Below, in pieces: positions 7,052-13,916 of a stretch of DNA of 43,523 bases. A program made the position numbers and the translations under genes. How positions within the stretch are numbered: position 1 is the stretch's first letter; the number at the start of each line of letters is the position of its first letter. Under the pieces are notes generated by a model. That model was not told where the DNA came from. It did no database searches and worked only from the letters and a program-made list of their open reading frames with translations. The stretch is from positions 1 to 43,523 of the forward strand of contig JBGPMX010000001.1 of NCBI GenBank assembly GCA_041487215.1, written 5' to 3'. This DNA comes from Planctomycetia bacterium (GTDB taxonomy: Bacteria; Planctomycetota; Planctomycetia; JALXBF01; JBGPMX01).

Positions 7052-7377
7052 CGCGCGCCAGAATAGGCGAGAGGGACGTGCTGGCGATCAGTCTCCCCGA
7101 GCTCAAGGGGCGGCTCGCCTATATACGGCTGGCCAACAAGCTTTGCGATGCGGATCTGATCTCGGCGGAGGCACGCGTGGCGATGCATCGACTTGTAGTC
7201 CCCGACATCGGGGATTTATACGGAGTGGATTGGGCTCTGAACCATGGAGGGCTTTCTGATGAGCGGATTGGTGCTCCTGCGCAGTGTAGGGCAGTCGTTT
7301 CGTGTCGGGCGAGCGCAGATCAAAATCATCAAGGTGCGCGGCAAGAAGGTGTGGGTGCTCATCGATGCGCCCGCTGA
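7048..7377 (+). CDS. Hypothetical protein translationally coupled to the nuclease (possible inhibitor); 3-prime end uncertain
   Basis: The ATG at 7048 overlaps the nuclease stop (ATGA). The N-terminal 70 aa look protein-like (MTRARIGERDVLAISLPELKGRLAYIRLANKLCDADLISAEARVAMHRL...). The last ~40 codons overlap the CsrA-like gene in another frame and look like noise. Confidence 0.35.
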   Translation: MTRARIGERDVLAISLPELKGRLAYIRLANKLCDADLISAEARVAMHRLVVPDIGDLYGVDWALNHGGLSDERIGAPAQCRAVVSCRASADQNHQGARQEGVGAHRCAR

Positions 7378-7507
7378 CGTGGCGGTCCATCGCGAGGAAA
7401 TCTACCAGCGAATTCAGCGGCAAGGCGGCAGTTCACACCGGCCGGACAAGGTCGAGGGGGGGGCCAAGCAGACGACGGCGGAGCCGGCGGCCCATGGAGC
7501 CGCATGA
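7259..7507 (+). CDS. csrA: CsrA/RsmA-family RNA-binding translational regulator, phage-encoded
   Basis: MSGLVLLRSVGQSFRVGRAQIKIIKVRGKKVWVLIDAPADVAVHREEIYQRIQ aligns by eye with canonical CsrA (MLILTRRVGE...I.V..I.G..VRLGI.AP..V.VHREEIY). GGAGGG lies 7 nt upstream of the ATG at 7259. A ~25-aa C-terminal extension is present. Confidence 0.8.
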   Translation: MSGLVLLRSVGQSFRVGRAQIKIIKVRGKKVWVLIDAPADVAVHREEIYQRIQRQGGSSHRPDKVEGGAKQTTAEPAAHGAA

Positions 7508-7880
7508 ACGTGTCTGGGCCGTGCTCTTGGACCACGTCGGGAAGGGGCGAGCGATCTCGGGCCGGGAGCTCGCGGCGGCGGCCCAGCTGAGCGGCGATCG
7601 GGAGCTGCGCCTCATAATCCATGAGGCTCGCACGGCGCACAAGCTGCCGATTCTATCGATGCCCGGCGTCGGCTACTACCGGCCGCAGGACCCGGCCGAG
7701 ATCGACGAGTGCTACTGGCAGTTGCGGGAGCACGCCATCGAGGTTCTTTTGATCGCGTCCACGTTGCGCAGGTGCGGCTCAGAACGCGTCCGGAACAACC
7801 ACGGCGACGACTGGATCGAGTCGTTCCTGGAAATGCATTACAAGCCCCGCCAGGCGGGCCTGCCGGGGATGGGAGTCTGA
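7494..7880 (+). CDS. Hypothetical protein with a winged-helix-like N-terminal domain
   Basis: ATG at 7494 inside track ORF 7302..7880: MEPHERVWAVLLDHVGKGRAISGRELAAAAQLSGDRELRLIIHEARTAHKLPILSMPGVGYYRP. It overlaps the csrA stop by 14 nt. Confidence 0.5.
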   Translation: MEPHERVWAVLLDHVGKGRAISGRELAAAAQLSGDRELRLIIHEARTAHKLPILSMPGVGYYRPQDPAEIDECYWQLREHAIEVLLIASTLRRCGSERVRNNHGDDWIESFLEMHYKPRQAGLPGMGV

Positions 7881-7883
7881 GAC

Positions 7884-8450
7884 GTGGAAACGACGCGACG
7901 CAGGTTCCTGGAGACGCTGGCGGAGATGCTGGCTGTGCCAGGGGCGACTCAGCTCACCGAGTGGTGCAGGGGGGTGAACCACTCCTTCAGCGGTCGGCGC
8001 CAGCACGGCCAGACGCTTGAGAGCCGGCCTGCGCTTTTGCGTGCAGTAAGGCGACTTGCGGCCGGCGAGCAGATCGCGGCCCGGTTCACGTTCCAAGTGG
8101 CCGGCAAATCCGTCCTGGTTGCGACTCATCGGGTCTGGGTCGAATACCCGCTTCGGGTGCGCATGTATCTTCCGGTGCTCGATCTAAGGTCGCGGTGCCG
8201 CGACTGCGGGGACCCGATCGGCGAGCGGCCAAAACTATGGCTTGAATGCACCCGACCGGACGCCGCGGCGATCTTCTTCGAGGCGGACTATTGGAGACAA
8301 CGACCGGGGAACATCGAGAGCTACGCCATCAACGACATGGACGGCGGGGAGCTCGGGGGCTTGCTCGGTCCATTCGGCACGTACGCGGCCGGCGTGTGGT
8401 GCTTTACTCACAGCACGCGCGTTGAGTGGCTGCGCGCCGTGCGCGGATAG
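7884..8450 (+). CDS. Hypothetical protein (188 aa)
   Basis: Track ORF, contiguous with the upstream gene. It contains a CRDCGDP...C segment. No family recognised. Confidence 0.5.
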   Translation: METTRRRFLETLAEMLAVPGATQLTEWCRGVNHSFSGRRQHGQTLESRPALLRAVRRLAAGEQIAARFTFQVAGKSVLVATHRVWVEYPLRVRMYLPVLDLRSRCRDCGDPIGERPKLWLECTRPDAAAIFFEADYWRQRPGNIESYAINDMDGGELGGLLGPFGTYAAGVWCFTHSTRVEWLRAVRG

Positions 8451-8469
8451 CGCCTCACGGCGCGCAATT
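8430..8469. promoter_or_regulatory. Inverted pair of the CACGGCGCGCAG motif spanning the stop codon of ORF 7884..8450
   Basis: CTGCGCGCCGTG at 8430-8441 and TCACGGCGCGCAATT at 8455-8469. This is the same 12-15-mer as the five left-end direct repeats, here in palindromic arrangement (11-bp arms, 14-nt spacer). Confidence 0.6.
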
Positions 8470-8529
8470 CACGCGACGAACCCCAGCGGACGGAGGGGGT
8501 AAGGGGGAGCTGCGCAGTGACTAAGAATT

Positions 8530-8544
8530 GTCCAAAATTTGGAC
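8530..8544. promoter_or_regulatory. A/T-rich perfect palindrome GTCCAAAATTTGGAC (operator or promoter candidate)
   Basis: Read directly. It lies in the 113-bp gap before ORF 8564..9262, about 10 nt upstream of that gene's GGAGG. Confidence 0.45.
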
Positions 8545-8563
8545 TGGCACACGGAGGTGATCA

Positions 8564-9262
8564 TTGGACTCCACGCAAGCGGCCGTGAGGGATGGATGGC
8601 TTCAGTTCACCAGTATCTGCCAGGGGTACGCAGCAGCGTCGGGGGATGCCCAGCGGCTGCTCGCGCGTGCCACGTACGAAGCCTTTGGCACGGTGCGCCA
8701 ACCGTACGGAGAGCACACCGTCGAAGACTTGGCCGACGCCATCGATTGCAGCCGGTCGAGCGTCTACGAGCTCATGGGGATCTACCGGTGCGCGGGGGTG
8801 TGGTGGGATACCCACCCGGAGATACCGATCGGCATTCTTCGGGTCTCGGTGCGATGGGACCCGGAGGGGCTCGAATCGCTGCTCGACCGCTGGGTCGAGC
8901 AGGGACGGCCGTCCTATCGGCAGTGGTGCGAACTGCTCGACGTCTGGGAAGACGAACCCACGGCAAGCGATGATCGCAAGTACCTGCTGCGCGCCGTGCG
9001 ACGGCTCGCCAGGTTCCGCGAGGTGGTCAGCTCGGTCCGCATCCGACAGCTCAGGCCGCGCGAGCTGGCGATCCTGGACGAGGCGTTGACGGTCGCGGTG
9101 CATTTGCGGCGGCGGCTGCGATCGACGATCAGGCATCGGCGGCGAGTGCTGATGCTGCAGCGACGATTCGAGGTGGAGAATGGCGAAGGCAATCGTAGCG
9201 GGGATCTCGGCGGCGCAGCGTCGGACCCTGTTTGCGGCGCGCAAGAATCTGGCCTGGGGTGA
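8564..9262 (+). CDS. Hypothetical HTH-containing early protein
   Basis: Track ORF with a TTG start 6 nt after GGAGG. The HTH-like segment is TVEDLADAIDCSRSSVYELMGIY. The last ~27 codons overlap the GemA-like gene. Confidence 0.5.
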   Translation: MDSTQAAVRDGWLQFTSICQGYAAASGDAQRLLARATYEAFGTVRQPYGEHTVEDLADAIDCSRSSVYELMGIYRCAGVWWDTHPEIPIGILRVSVRWDPEGLESLLDRWVEQGRPSYRQWCELLDVWEDEPTASDDRKYLLRAVRRLARFREVVSSVRIRQLRPRELAILDEALTVAVHLRRRLRSTIRHRRRVLMLQRRFEVENGEGNRSGDLGGAASDPVCGAQESGLG

Positions 9263-9656
9263 GGACGAGCACCAGCTGGTGATGGAGCGGGTCGGCGTGC
9301 CGGCCGGCCCTGATGGCCGGCGCAGCACGAAGGTGATGACGCGTCGGCAGTGGGAGGCGTACGTGCGGCACGCGCAGGAGTGCGGGTTCGCTCCGCAATT
9401 CGGACCGGTCCCGGAGAAGGAGCGGCCGTCGCGTGCGCAGATGTTCCGGTTGGGCGAGCTCGAGCGGCGACTGGTCGAGGCGCGTCGCCGCTATCTGATG
9501 AACGCCGAGTCCGCTGACGTGCGTGCGGAGAAGTTTGCCAAGGGCGTGGTCGCGAAGGCGACGGCCGGTCGGCCGCTCTCGTGGTGGACGCCGACCGAGG
9601 CGGCAAGGGCGATCCAGGCGATCGAGGGTGTGCTCGGACGGATGCCGATCCAATGA
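9180..9656 (+). CDS. gemA: GemA (Mu gp16, DUF1018)-like protein
   Basis: AQRRTLFAARKNLAWGEDEHQLVMERVGV...RRSTKVMTRRQWEAYVRHAQECGF matches the DUF1018 pattern (IHvak..LGldDd.YR.ll...tGk.S.k.lt..el..v...l...GF). Its position in the early region matches Mu. Confidence 0.65.
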   Translation: MAKAIVAGISAAQRRTLFAARKNLAWGEDEHQLVMERVGVPAGPDGRRSTKVMTRRQWEAYVRHAQECGFAPQFGPVPEKERPSRAQMFRLGELERRLVEARRRYLMNAESADVRAEKFAKGVVAKATAGRPLSWWTPTEAARAIQAIEGVLGRMPIQ

Positions 9657-9952
9657 GACGGGATGCGATCGCGGTGATTCAGGCGTTCGCGGGCAAGCCG
9701 GTGACGCGGCCTGCCGATCGGCGCGCGGTCGCTCGGGAGCTGTATCGGCTCAACCGACGCGTGGTGCCGGTCAGCATCCTCGCCAACGGCGGCGAAGCCG
9801 TGCGTACGTACATGGAGGGCGTGGTGGACGCACTGCGGAGCATGATCGCTGGCCGGCGGCTCGGCTGCCCACGCGACTACCCGGAGGAGTTGCGAGGCTT
9901 CTACCGGTCCGGCCAGCGCGCCGTGCGGATGGTGAAGCCCCATCGCAAGTGA
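9653..9952 (+). CDS. Hypothetical protein (99 aa)
   Basis: The ATG at 9653 overlaps the gemA-like stop (ATGA). It lies inside track ORF 9581..9952. Confidence 0.45.
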   Translation: MRRDAIAVIQAFAGKPVTRPADRRAVARELYRLNRRVVPVSILANGGEAVRTYMEGVVDALRSMIAGRRLGCPRDYPEELRGFYRSGQRAVRMVKPHRK

Positions 9953-10151
9953 GGTGATGGCGGACACCGTGGTACCCGATTACGGGTGGTAAATTTGCCC
10001 TGCAGCGTTCGCGAGCTGCGCCTTTTTGGGTGGTCAGGCGACCGTTGCGAAGGATCCGGTTTGACCCCATGTTTGCCCGAGGCCCTGGCGCAACCTGGTC
10101 TACGGCACGTAGGGTCAGAGTCGATCGATTCACCGGCTGCCGGGATTTCAG

Positions 10152-10475
10152 GTGGTCACTCATGGAGCTGAGAGCGGGGACCAGCAAAGGAGTGGTCACA
10201 TAGCGAGGCCCAACCGCAACCGCAAGAAAAGTTCGATCTACCTGGCGCCCGAGGACCGGGAGCGGATCAAGACGATTCTTAGGCACACGTCGGTACGCAC
10301 GGAGGCGGCGGCGATCCGTCGCGCGCTCTGGTTCACGGCCGACAGTTTCCAGGAGCCGACCAAGCATCGCGAGCTGCTCCGCAAGTTCGTGGAGCTTTAC
10401 AAATCGTTTCAGTTTCTCTCGCCGCGAGAGCTGAGAGATGCGAGCAACCTGTGCAACGACGCGGCCCGACTCTGA
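10152..10475 (+). CDS. Ribbon-helix-helix domain protein
   Basis: KKSSIYLAPEDRERIKTILRHTSVRTEAAAIRRALWF is an RHH-type strand-helix-helix. It follows a ~200-bp gap containing three GTGGTCA words (about 10031, 10152 and 10192). Confidence 0.5.
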   Translation: MVTHGAESGDQQRSGHIARPNRNRKKSSIYLAPEDRERIKTILRHTSVRTEAAAIRRALWFTADSFQEPTKHRELLRKFVELYKSFQFLSPRELRDASNLCNDAARL

Positions 10476-10507
10476 CGCGCGCCACGCACTACGAGGGAGG
10501 CTGACTA

Positions 10508-10798
10508 ATGGAACTAGTCGCGAAGGATTTGGTTGAGCAAGTTTTGGAGGAGGCAACGATGCCAGGTCCAGTTTCGGACAGCTACGATCCCGAGTTCGGC
10601 ACCTTGGCCAACGCCGCTGATGTGAAGGAGGCGGTAGAACTGCAGATCGAACGGATCAGCGAGCCGCTGGGGCCGGCGCTGAGGAATATCGTCGAGGTTG
10701 TGCACGGCCGACCAGGCAGGAAGTTTGCGGTTCAGCTCTGCGAGCAGGACCTGCGAGTCATCCGGTTCGGGCTGGACCGCGCGCTCGATAGCCTGTGA
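10508..10798 (+). CDS. Hypothetical acidic protein (96 aa)
   Basis: Track ORF. The ATG is preceded by GGGAGG. Confidence 0.5.
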   Translation: MELVAKDLVEQVLEEATMPGPVSDSYDPEFGTLANAADVKEAVELQIERISEPLGPALRNIVEVVHGRPGRKFAVQLCEQDLRVIRFGLDRALDSL

Positions 10799-10841
10799 GC
10801 CGTGCAGAGGAAGCGATCCTGTCGTGGAAGGAGAAACAGAA

Positions 10842-11264
10842 GTGAGGACGTCCACCCCGCTGGTCTGCGACCTGCTGTTGATGGTCGAAGACGAATTGCC
10901 GCGCGCGGTCACGAGCCGCGAGATCGATGGCTGGCCGGACGTGGACCGGGAGCTCGTGGCCGATTGGGCCGCGTGCGTCCACTTGAAGGCGAGCGACAAC
11001 GACGTTGCGGTTCCGCCCATCCCCACGATCCTACTGCCGCCAGAAGTCAGCGCCCCGGCTTCGCCAGCGGTTGGCAAGCCGTATCTCGATCCGGTGCCGG
11101 TGATCCAGGTGACGCAGTGGTTCCCGACGTGGTATCGTTTCGTGCATTGGGAGGGATGGTTCCGAGATCGCGGCGTGCGCACGTTCGTCCGGAGATCAGT
11201 CGAAGGTCGGATCGCGCTCTTCCGGGAGTGCGACTTGGAAACGCGCAGGCTGGTAATTGGCTAA
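10842..11264 (+). CDS. Hypothetical protein (140 aa)
   Basis: The GTG at 10842 is preceded by GGAAGGAG. It lies inside track ORF 10698..11264. Confidence 0.45.
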   Translation: MRTSTPLVCDLLLMVEDELPRAVTSREIDGWPDVDRELVADWAACVHLKASDNDVAVPPIPTILLPPEVSAPASPAVGKPYLDPVPVIQVTQWFPTWYRFVHWEGWFRDRGVRTFVRRSVEGRIALFRECDLETRRLVIG

Positions 11265-11546
11265 GTGATGAGCATCACGATGAAAAGCAAGCGAGCTGAC
11301 GGGCGCGGGCACTGGCCGGCTGGCCGACGGCGTCATTCGCCCGGCACCGAGTATGCCCGCCTGCTCGATCGACTACGTGAGCGACTGGACCGCCGCGTAT
11401 GGGGCAAGGTCTCTTGCCGTGTCCTGGCGGATTGGTGTGGGGTCTCGGATCGGACCGTGCGGCGTTGGCTGTCGGGTCAGCACCTGCCGGAGGCGCGGCA
11501 GACCATGCGCATCTCCAGCTGGCTTGTGAGCGTGAAAGGTTCGTGA
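11265..11546 (+). CDS. Small basic HTH protein, candidate late-gene regulator (Mor/C-like position)
   Basis: The HTH is SCRVLADWCGVSDRTVRRWLSGQHLP. It is the last gene before the leader/terminator and the lysis genes. Confidence 0.45.
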   Translation: MMSITMKSKRADGRGHWPAGRRRHSPGTEYARLLDRLRERLDRRVWGKVSCRVLADWCGVSDRTVRRWLSGQHLPEARQTMRISSWLVSVKGS

Positions 11547-11547
11547 C

Positions 11548-11577
11548 TTGACCGATCTTGTCGGATTGCTTTAGGCT
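11548..11577 (+). promoter_or_regulatory. Predicted promoter TTGACC-N18-TAGGCT
   Basis: -35 at 11548-11553 and -10 at 11572-11577, immediately after the stop at 11546. Consensus reading only. Confidence 0.3.
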
Positions 11578-11631
11578 ACCGTCACAATGGCGGGGCCAAC
11601 GCCCCGCAGAAAACTCACGCAAGGATCGCAG

Positions 11632-11704
11632 ACGGCGGCATGGATCTGGTCGCAGGCTATACCATCGGGGCGGCCCGGCCAGATCCATGCCGCCGTTTTT
11701 TTTT
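11632..11704 (+). terminator. Strong rho-independent terminator (18-bp perfect stem, T9 tail)
   Basis: ACGGCGGCATGGATCTGG (11632-11649) pairs perfectly with CCAGATCCATGCCGCCGT (11679-11696). Nine Ts run from 11696 to 11704. A smaller hairpin GCGGGGC-CAAC-GCCCCGC lies at 11590-11607. Confidence 0.75.
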
Positions 11705-11718
11705 CGTCGGAGCTCTGA

Positions 11719-12402
11719 GTGCCCGGATTCATTGGCCACACGCGCGACAGCCTCGGCCTTATCGGCCCGCCCGCCGCTCGCCTGACCGCTCGGCCGGAGT
11801 CGCCCACGTACGCCAGCATCCTCGCGTATCGGTCCGGGGACCTACTGACGTTCTACGGGTGCGGGCTGCCCAGCCGCGCCATCAGTCTTTGGACGCAGGG
11901 GCCGAGCCACATCGGCCAGCTCTGCGAGCGAGCCGACCAGCTGGCCCTGTTCGAGAGCACCACGCTCAGCGACCTGCCATGCATCCTGTGCGGGATCGCG
12001 ACCCAGGGCGTGCAAGCCGTGCCGGCGCTCGAGCGGATCTGCCGTTACAACGGCTCGATCTATCAGCTCCGGCTGCGTCGCCCGCTGGAAGATCGCGAGG
12101 TGGCAAAGCTACTCGGCTTCCTCACGGCACAAGACCAGCTGGCGTACGCACTCTTCGAGGCGATGACGGCCGCGCGCTGGGGACGCTGGTTCTGGAGCCC
12201 GCACAACACCTATACGCGCTGGTTTTGCAGCCAGCTGATCATCGCGGCGCTGCAGCACATCGGCCGGCTGGACCCACTGACGCACGCGTCGGCGTGGCGG
12301 CCGAGCGACGTCGCCCGCCGCCTCGTGCAGCTGAGGATCTACGAGCCCCCACGCCTGGTAAAAGCGATGCCTTCTCTGTTCCAGAAAGGGTACATGCCAT
12401 GA
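11719..12402 (+). CDS. Permuted papain-fold cell-wall amidase (YiiX/YaeF, peptidase C92, NlpC/P60-like), putative endolysin
   Basis: GDLLTFYG...ISLWTQGPSHIGQL (His region) precedes RWFCSQLIIAALQHIG (Cys region), the permuted order typical of C92. It is the first gene after the terminator, which is the lysis position. Confidence 0.65.
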   Translation: MPGFIGHTRDSLGLIGPPAARLTARPESPTYASILAYRSGDLLTFYGCGLPSRAISLWTQGPSHIGQLCERADQLALFESTTLSDLPCILCGIATQGVQAVPALERICRYNGSIYQLRLRRPLEDREVAKLLGFLTAQDQLAYALFEAMTAARWGRWFWSPHNTYTRWFCSQLIIAALQHIGRLDPLTHASAWRPSDVARRLVQLRIYEPPRLVKAMPSLFQKGYMP

Positions 12403-13067
12403 AGCTGCTCTCGGGTCTGGTCTATGCACTGGTGATTCTTGTCGCTGCCGACGCCGCTCTCTATGCGCAGGAGACGACCAAACAGGTCGAGCAGACGTCT
12501 CTGCTCGGCAGCCGAAGATGCACGGCCGCCGCGCTCCAGGCGGCCGCGGCGAGAGTGGAGGCGAAAGCAGACATGGCCGCCGCGACGGCTGACGCGTACG
12601 CGCGCCAACACCTGGCCGAACAACGCATGCAGTCGTTTCTGCTCCAGGAGATCGAACGCAACACGCGGCCGGGGATCGCTCTCGCGGCCCTGGCCAACAG
12701 CGGCGGCGGGGCTGGACTATCGGCGCCGGAACGATCGCAGCGATTTAGCACGCCGAGCCCGTCGCAGGTGCAGCCGTTCCCCGTGCCGAGTCCGAGCGAA
12801 GTGCAACCGTTCCCGGTGCCGAGTCCAAGCCAGGTGCAACCGTTCGCGGTGCCGAGCCCAAGTCAGGTGCAATCTTTTGGGGTGCCGTCACCCGCGCAGG
12901 TGCAGGTGTTCAACGTGCCATCGGTCTCGCAGAGCCGGCCCATGGACGTGCCGAGCCCGAGCCAGGCGACGGGGGTAGGCAGTGGCCAGCCGCCCCTGGT
13001 GTTGCCGCCGCCGAGCCAGTCGAGCTACCGCCAGGCGTTCCGCGCCTGGTCCCGAGTCGGCCGATAG
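12399..13067 (+). CDS. Secreted protein with six to seven tandem 11-aa repeats (VPSPSQVQPFP)
   Basis: The ATG at 12399 overlaps the upstream stop (ATGA). The signal/anchor is MKLLSGLVYALVILVAADAALYAQ. The repeats are encoded by a 33-nt tandem array. Confidence 0.6.
   Translation: MKLLSGLVYALVILVAADAALYAQETTKQVEQTSLLGSRRCTAAALQAAAARVEAKADMAAATADAYARQHLAEQRMQSFLLQEIERNTRPGIALAALANSGGGAGLSAPERSQRFSTPSPSQVQPFPVPSPSEVQPFPVPSPSQVQPFAVPSPSQVQSFGVPSPAQVQVFNVPSVSQSRPMDVPSPSQATGVGSGQPPLVLPPPSQSSYRQAFRAWSRVGR
12753..12975 (+). repeat. 33-nt coding tandem repeat, ~6.7 units
   Basis: Units start at 12753, 12786, 12819, 12852, 12885, 12918 and 12951. The units diverge progressively toward the 3-prime end. 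Confidence 0.85.
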
Positions 13068-13117
13068 GGGCGGGTGGTTCCGCGCCTGGTCCCGAGTCGG
13101 CCGATAGGGGCGGGTGG
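13038..13117 (+). repeat. Perfect 40-bp tandem duplication spanning the stop codon of ORF 12399..13067
   Basis: TTCCGCGCCTGGTCCCGAGTCGGCCGATAGGGGCGGGTGG occurs at 13038-13077 and again at 13078-13117. Confidence 0.95.
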
Positions 13118-13190
13118 TAGGTCCCTGAGTCTTCGAAATGCGTGCCCCAAAGCCATCTTTTCAAACTCACGCCGAAAGGGATGTGAAACT

Positions 13191-13421
13191 ATGTTGAGCC
13201 CAAAAACGGAGCTCTGCCTCCGTCTCACGTCGGCCGTGATGGCCTCGCTTAATCACGGCCAGGACGCCCAGGCCGCGTCGGCGACCGCCGTGACCGTCTT
13301 CCGGTCCGTGTATGAATCGGTCACGAAGAACGCCGCCGACTGGGCCAAGTACGTGCCCGAGCTCGCCCAGGTACCCAGCCAGCCGGCCGGCGTCCTGAGC
13401 GTGCCGGGGCCCACGGGATGA
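13191..13421 (+). CDS. Hypothetical small protein (76 aa)
   Basis: ATG at 13191 inside track ORF 13074..13421. The upstream part of that ORF is the duplicated non-coding repeat. Confidence 0.4.
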   Translation: MLSPKTELCLRLTSAVMASLNHGQDAQAASATAVTVFRSVYESVTKNAADWAKYVPELAQVPSQPAGVLSVPGPTG

Positions 13422-13427
13422 CGCCCG

Positions 13428-13514
13428 ATGGGCTCCGTTATTTCCGGCGCCGCGATCGTGCTCGGCCTGTTGCTGATCGGCGCCATGATCGAGAGCTGGT
13501 TCGACAGTGACTAA
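13428..13514 (+). CDS. Possible 28-aa single-TM peptide (not in the ORF track)
   Basis: Hand translation gives MGSVISGAAIVLGLLLIGAMIESWFDSD followed by a stop. It fits exactly in the gap between neighbouring genes. No strong SD is present. Confidence 0.3.
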   Translation: MGSVISGAAIVLGLLLIGAMIESWFDSD

Positions 13515-13524
13515 GGGAGAACAC

Positions 13525-13872
13525 ATGACGACGCTCCTACTCGCTGCCGTGCTGGGCCAGTTGCCCGACGGCGTGGACGTTGTGGTGGCCTGGCAGAGCG
13601 TGCCGCGGCAAGTCGTTGTGCTACGCGGCGGCGACGGCGTGGAGGTCGGCGTGCAGGTTGCGCCGCGCGCCGCGATGCCGTACTACTACCAGCCGGCGCC
13701 GGCGATCCGGGCGGAGCCGCCGCGTTACTACGAGCAGCCGGTCGAGGCAACACGCTACCGCACTCGCGTGGTGCCATCGGTCCGCATCGACGCGCCACAC
13801 GTCCAGGTGCAGGTGCAGCCATCGCTGTCGATCTACCGCTATCGCGCGCCGGCCGCGGCGTGCAAGCAGTGA
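13525..13872 (+). CDS. Hypothetical protein with a hydrophobic N-terminus (115 aa)
   Basis: The ATG at 13525 follows AAGGGAGA. The sequence starts MTTLLLAAVLGQ... and is rich in Y/P/Q/V. Confidence 0.45.
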   Translation: MTTLLLAAVLGQLPDGVDVVVAWQSVPRQVVVLRGGDGVEVGVQVAPRAAMPYYYQPAPAIRAEPPRYYEQPVEATRYRTRVVPSVRIDAPHVQVQVQPSLSIYRYRAPAAACKQ

Positions 13873-13916
13873 CCGTGACTCTTTCGGCCGCCAGGTGGCG
13901 GCGAGGTTCACACACG

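Noticed and set aside
9953-10151. tRNA or small RNA gene in the ~200-bp gap, and a weak hairpin plus T5 at about 10002-10027
   Set aside because: No cloverleaf or T-loop (GGTTCGAATCC-like) signature was found by eye. The hairpin has only a 5-bp stem, so it was not called as a terminator.
11640-13067. 475-aa ORF 11640..13067 as a single gene
   Set aside because: Its first ~250 codons run through the terminator hairpin and overlap the amidase gene in another frame, giving Arg/Pro-rich noise. Only the part from the ATG at 12399 (signal peptide, repeats) looks real.
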